A DNA stretch of 64,000 nucleotides, from positions 12,724,879 through 12,788,878 of the forward strand of contig MU053881.1 of NCBI GenBank assembly GCA_013239625.1. Direction: 5' to 3'. The notes under the pieces were generated by a model. It did no database searches, had not been told where the DNA came from, and worked only from the letters and a program-made list of their open reading frames with translations. A program made the translations under genes and the position numbers. Below, one piece after another: positions 63,790 to 64,000 of this stretch. Origin of the DNA: Lama guanicoe. Lineage: Eukaryota. The stretch's first letter is position 1. Each line of letters opens with the position of its first letter.

Positions 63790-64000
63790 CTGTCTAAGGC
63801 CTGGTGTGAACTGGGAACCAGACTGTATGGATTTTAATCCTGCCTCTGAACTTTCATAGTTGTGTGACCTTTCCAGATCACTTCTGACTCTTTGTGACTC
63901 AGTATTTTCATCTATGAAATGGGCATACAAATAATTCTCTCTTAGGACTATGGTGAGGATGAAATTATTCAATGTACATAAATTTCTTAGAATAGTACAT
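63790..64000 (+). mobile_element. MIR SINE running off the window end
   Basis: ggaaccagactg..aatcctgcctctg..tagttgtgtgacctt..ctcagtattttcatctatgaaatggg..gtgaggatgaaat. Confidence 0.85.

Overview
AT-rich, CpG-depleted mammalian genomic DNA, probably intronic or intergenic. It contains no confidently recognisable protein-coding gene, RNA gene, prokaryotic feature or CRISPR array. A large share is interspersed repeat: ancient MIR, L2, L1M, MLT1/MLT2 (MaLR/ERVL) LTRs, MER2 and a MER20-like hAT element, plus younger lineage-specific L1 3' fragments, two solo LTRs and one tRNA-derived SINE. The young L1 3' ends and the SINE resemble camelid (alpaca/camel) repeats from memory, so the taxon is an inference. 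The only ORFs with real homology are L1 ORF2 C-terminal remnants. I did not find a convincing new biological system. The best leads are a ~111-bp local templated copy inserted into an MLT2 LTR, a twin-primed and internally deleted L1, nested insertions with readable TSDs, a speculative Penelope-like RT fossil at ~6.0-6.45 kb, and a well-formed 38-nt candidate exon at 53541-53578. Old-repeat boundaries are approximate and subfamily names come from recognition by eye, not from a database search.
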